Source: Negaprion brevirostris
Taxonomy: Eukaryota
Assembly: GCA_030324005.1 (NCBI GenBank)
Contig: JARDVH010000025.1
Span: 73,962,150-74,026,149 of the forward strand
Length of the DNA: 64,000 bases
Direction: 5' to 3'
Each line of letters starts with the position of its first letter. Position 1 is the stretch's first letter. The position numbers were made by a program, and so were the translations under genes. Below, one piece after another: positions 62,760 through 64,000 of the stretch. The notes beneath the pieces were generated by a model. The model had not been told where the DNA came from. It worked only from the letters and a program-made list of their open reading frames with translations, and did not search any database.

Positions 62760-64000
62760 AACAAATGTGCTGTTGATGACTTTACTACAGAGGATACAAG
62801 AAGCATTCCAGTAATAGAAATAAATCAGGAGCTGGAAGTGAGAGGGGAACTTGGTGAAATTACAATCGCTAGGAAAATGATACTGAACAGACTGATGTGG
62901 CCTGGCAGGTCTCCAGGTCCAGATGGACTTTGTCCTCTGGTCTATGAGATGGCTAATGAAGTAGTGGATGTGTTGTTTGTTGATTTTCCAAAATTCCTTA
63001 GATTATGGAAAGGTTCCACTCTCCAAGAAGGGAGGGAGGCAGAAAATAGGAAACTACGCTTAATGCCTGTCAAAGTGTTAGAATTGACAGAATGCATTTC
63101 AGTCAATCATTGAAGAACTTGTAGCTGGGCATTTGGAAAAACGCAAGATAATTGGGAAGAGTCAGTGTGATTTTGTGAAAGGGAAATCATGTTTAACCAA
63201 TTTGCTTTGAAAGAGGAACATGTGCTATGAATAAAGTGGAGCCTATGGATATACTGTGCATGGATTCCTGGAGGTATTTGTTAAAGTGCCACATCAAAGA
63301 TGTTTTGCAGAAAATAAAGGTTGGTGGTGTAGGGGTAACATATTATTGTGGATAGAAGATTGGTTGGCTGGCAGAAACAGAGACTATGCATAAATGGGTC
63401 TTCATCTGACTGCAGGATGTGACAAGTGGAGTTCCACAGGGTTTGCGCTGGGGCCTCAACTTTTCAAAATTTATATCAATGGCTTAACACAGTGGAGCGA
63501 AGGCATGGTAGGTAAACTCGCAGATGATGCCAAAGGTAGGGAGACACATATGTAGTGAAAAAGGCAAAGAGCTTGCAGATGGATATCAATAGGTAGACCG
63601 AGTTGCAAAAATCTGGCCGATAGAGTATAAGGTGTGAAAATGTGAAGTTGTTCACTTTGGCGTGCAGAATGAAAAAGAATATTATTAAACTGAGAACAAC
63701 TGTAGAATTCCGAGATGCAGAAGAGATTGAGGTGTTCTGGTGCATGAGTCACAATGTTAGTATGAGGATGCAACATGTTAGCAGGAAGGCTAATGGAATA
63801 CCATCCTTTATTAAGTGAGGAATTGAACATAAAAATAAGGATGTTATGCTTCAGTTATACTGGGCATTTTTAAGACCGCAACTTGAATACTGTGTGTAGT
63901 TTTGGTCTCCTTATTCACGGAAAGATGTTGGGAGGTGATTCAGAGGCAGTTTACTTGATTGATACCTGGTATGAGTGGGTTGTCTCATGAGAGTAGGTTG
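62760..64000 (+). mobile_element. CR1/HER1 LINE ORF2 (RT) fragment, continues beyond the window
   Basis: RSPGPDG, gtcagtgtgattttgtgaaagggaaatcatgtttaaccaat (SQ..F.KGKSCLTN), gtgacaagtggagttccacaggg (VTSGVPQG), gcagatgatgccaaa (ADD), cttgaatactgtgtgtagttttggtctcc (LEYC..FWSP). Confidence 0.9.

Noticed and set aside
40923-64000. Next DTNB exon (expected AQATGSPHTSP...GGDVQEAFAQ-like)
   Set aside because: No matching frame found by eye; it probably lies beyond the window or in a gap.
1-64000. CRISPR arrays, operons or prokaryotic defence systems
   Set aside because: The sequence is a vertebrate intron-exon locus with no regularly spaced repeats or gene-dense blocks.

Overview
Eukaryotic, AT-rich, repeat-dense vertebrate DNA with many N-gaps. 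The repeat content (HE1-type V-SINEs, HER1/CR1 LINEs, Deu-domain SINEs) points to a shark or ray draft assembly. The whole window lies inside one + strand gene, beta-dystrobrevin (DTNB). Five coding exons are clear and splice in frame: 12584-12671, 20478-20563, 24488-24601, 32319-32415 and the 21-nt microexon 40902-40922. They encode the syntrophin-binding site and both coiled-coil helices; gene start and end lie outside the window. The introns hold CR1, L2, RTE and Rex1/Babar LINE fragments, SINEs, solo LTRs, TIR elements, Penelope-like hairpins and a decayed GalEa-type Copia element. The most interesting signals are: (1) a candidate divergent extra syntrophin-binding-site exon at 264-354/356, possibly paired with a 78-nt exon at 45-122, echoing the vr3 cassette of alpha-dystrobrevin; (2) a microexon with neural-type regulatory motifs whose donor read-through would give an alpha-dystrobrevin-2-like truncated isoform; (3) a SINE variant with an apparently Rex1-derived tail; (4) hammerhead-ribozyme-like motifs in Penelope-type remnants. 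Family assignments and comparisons to human proteins come from recalled sequences, not database searches, and repeat boundaries are approximate.
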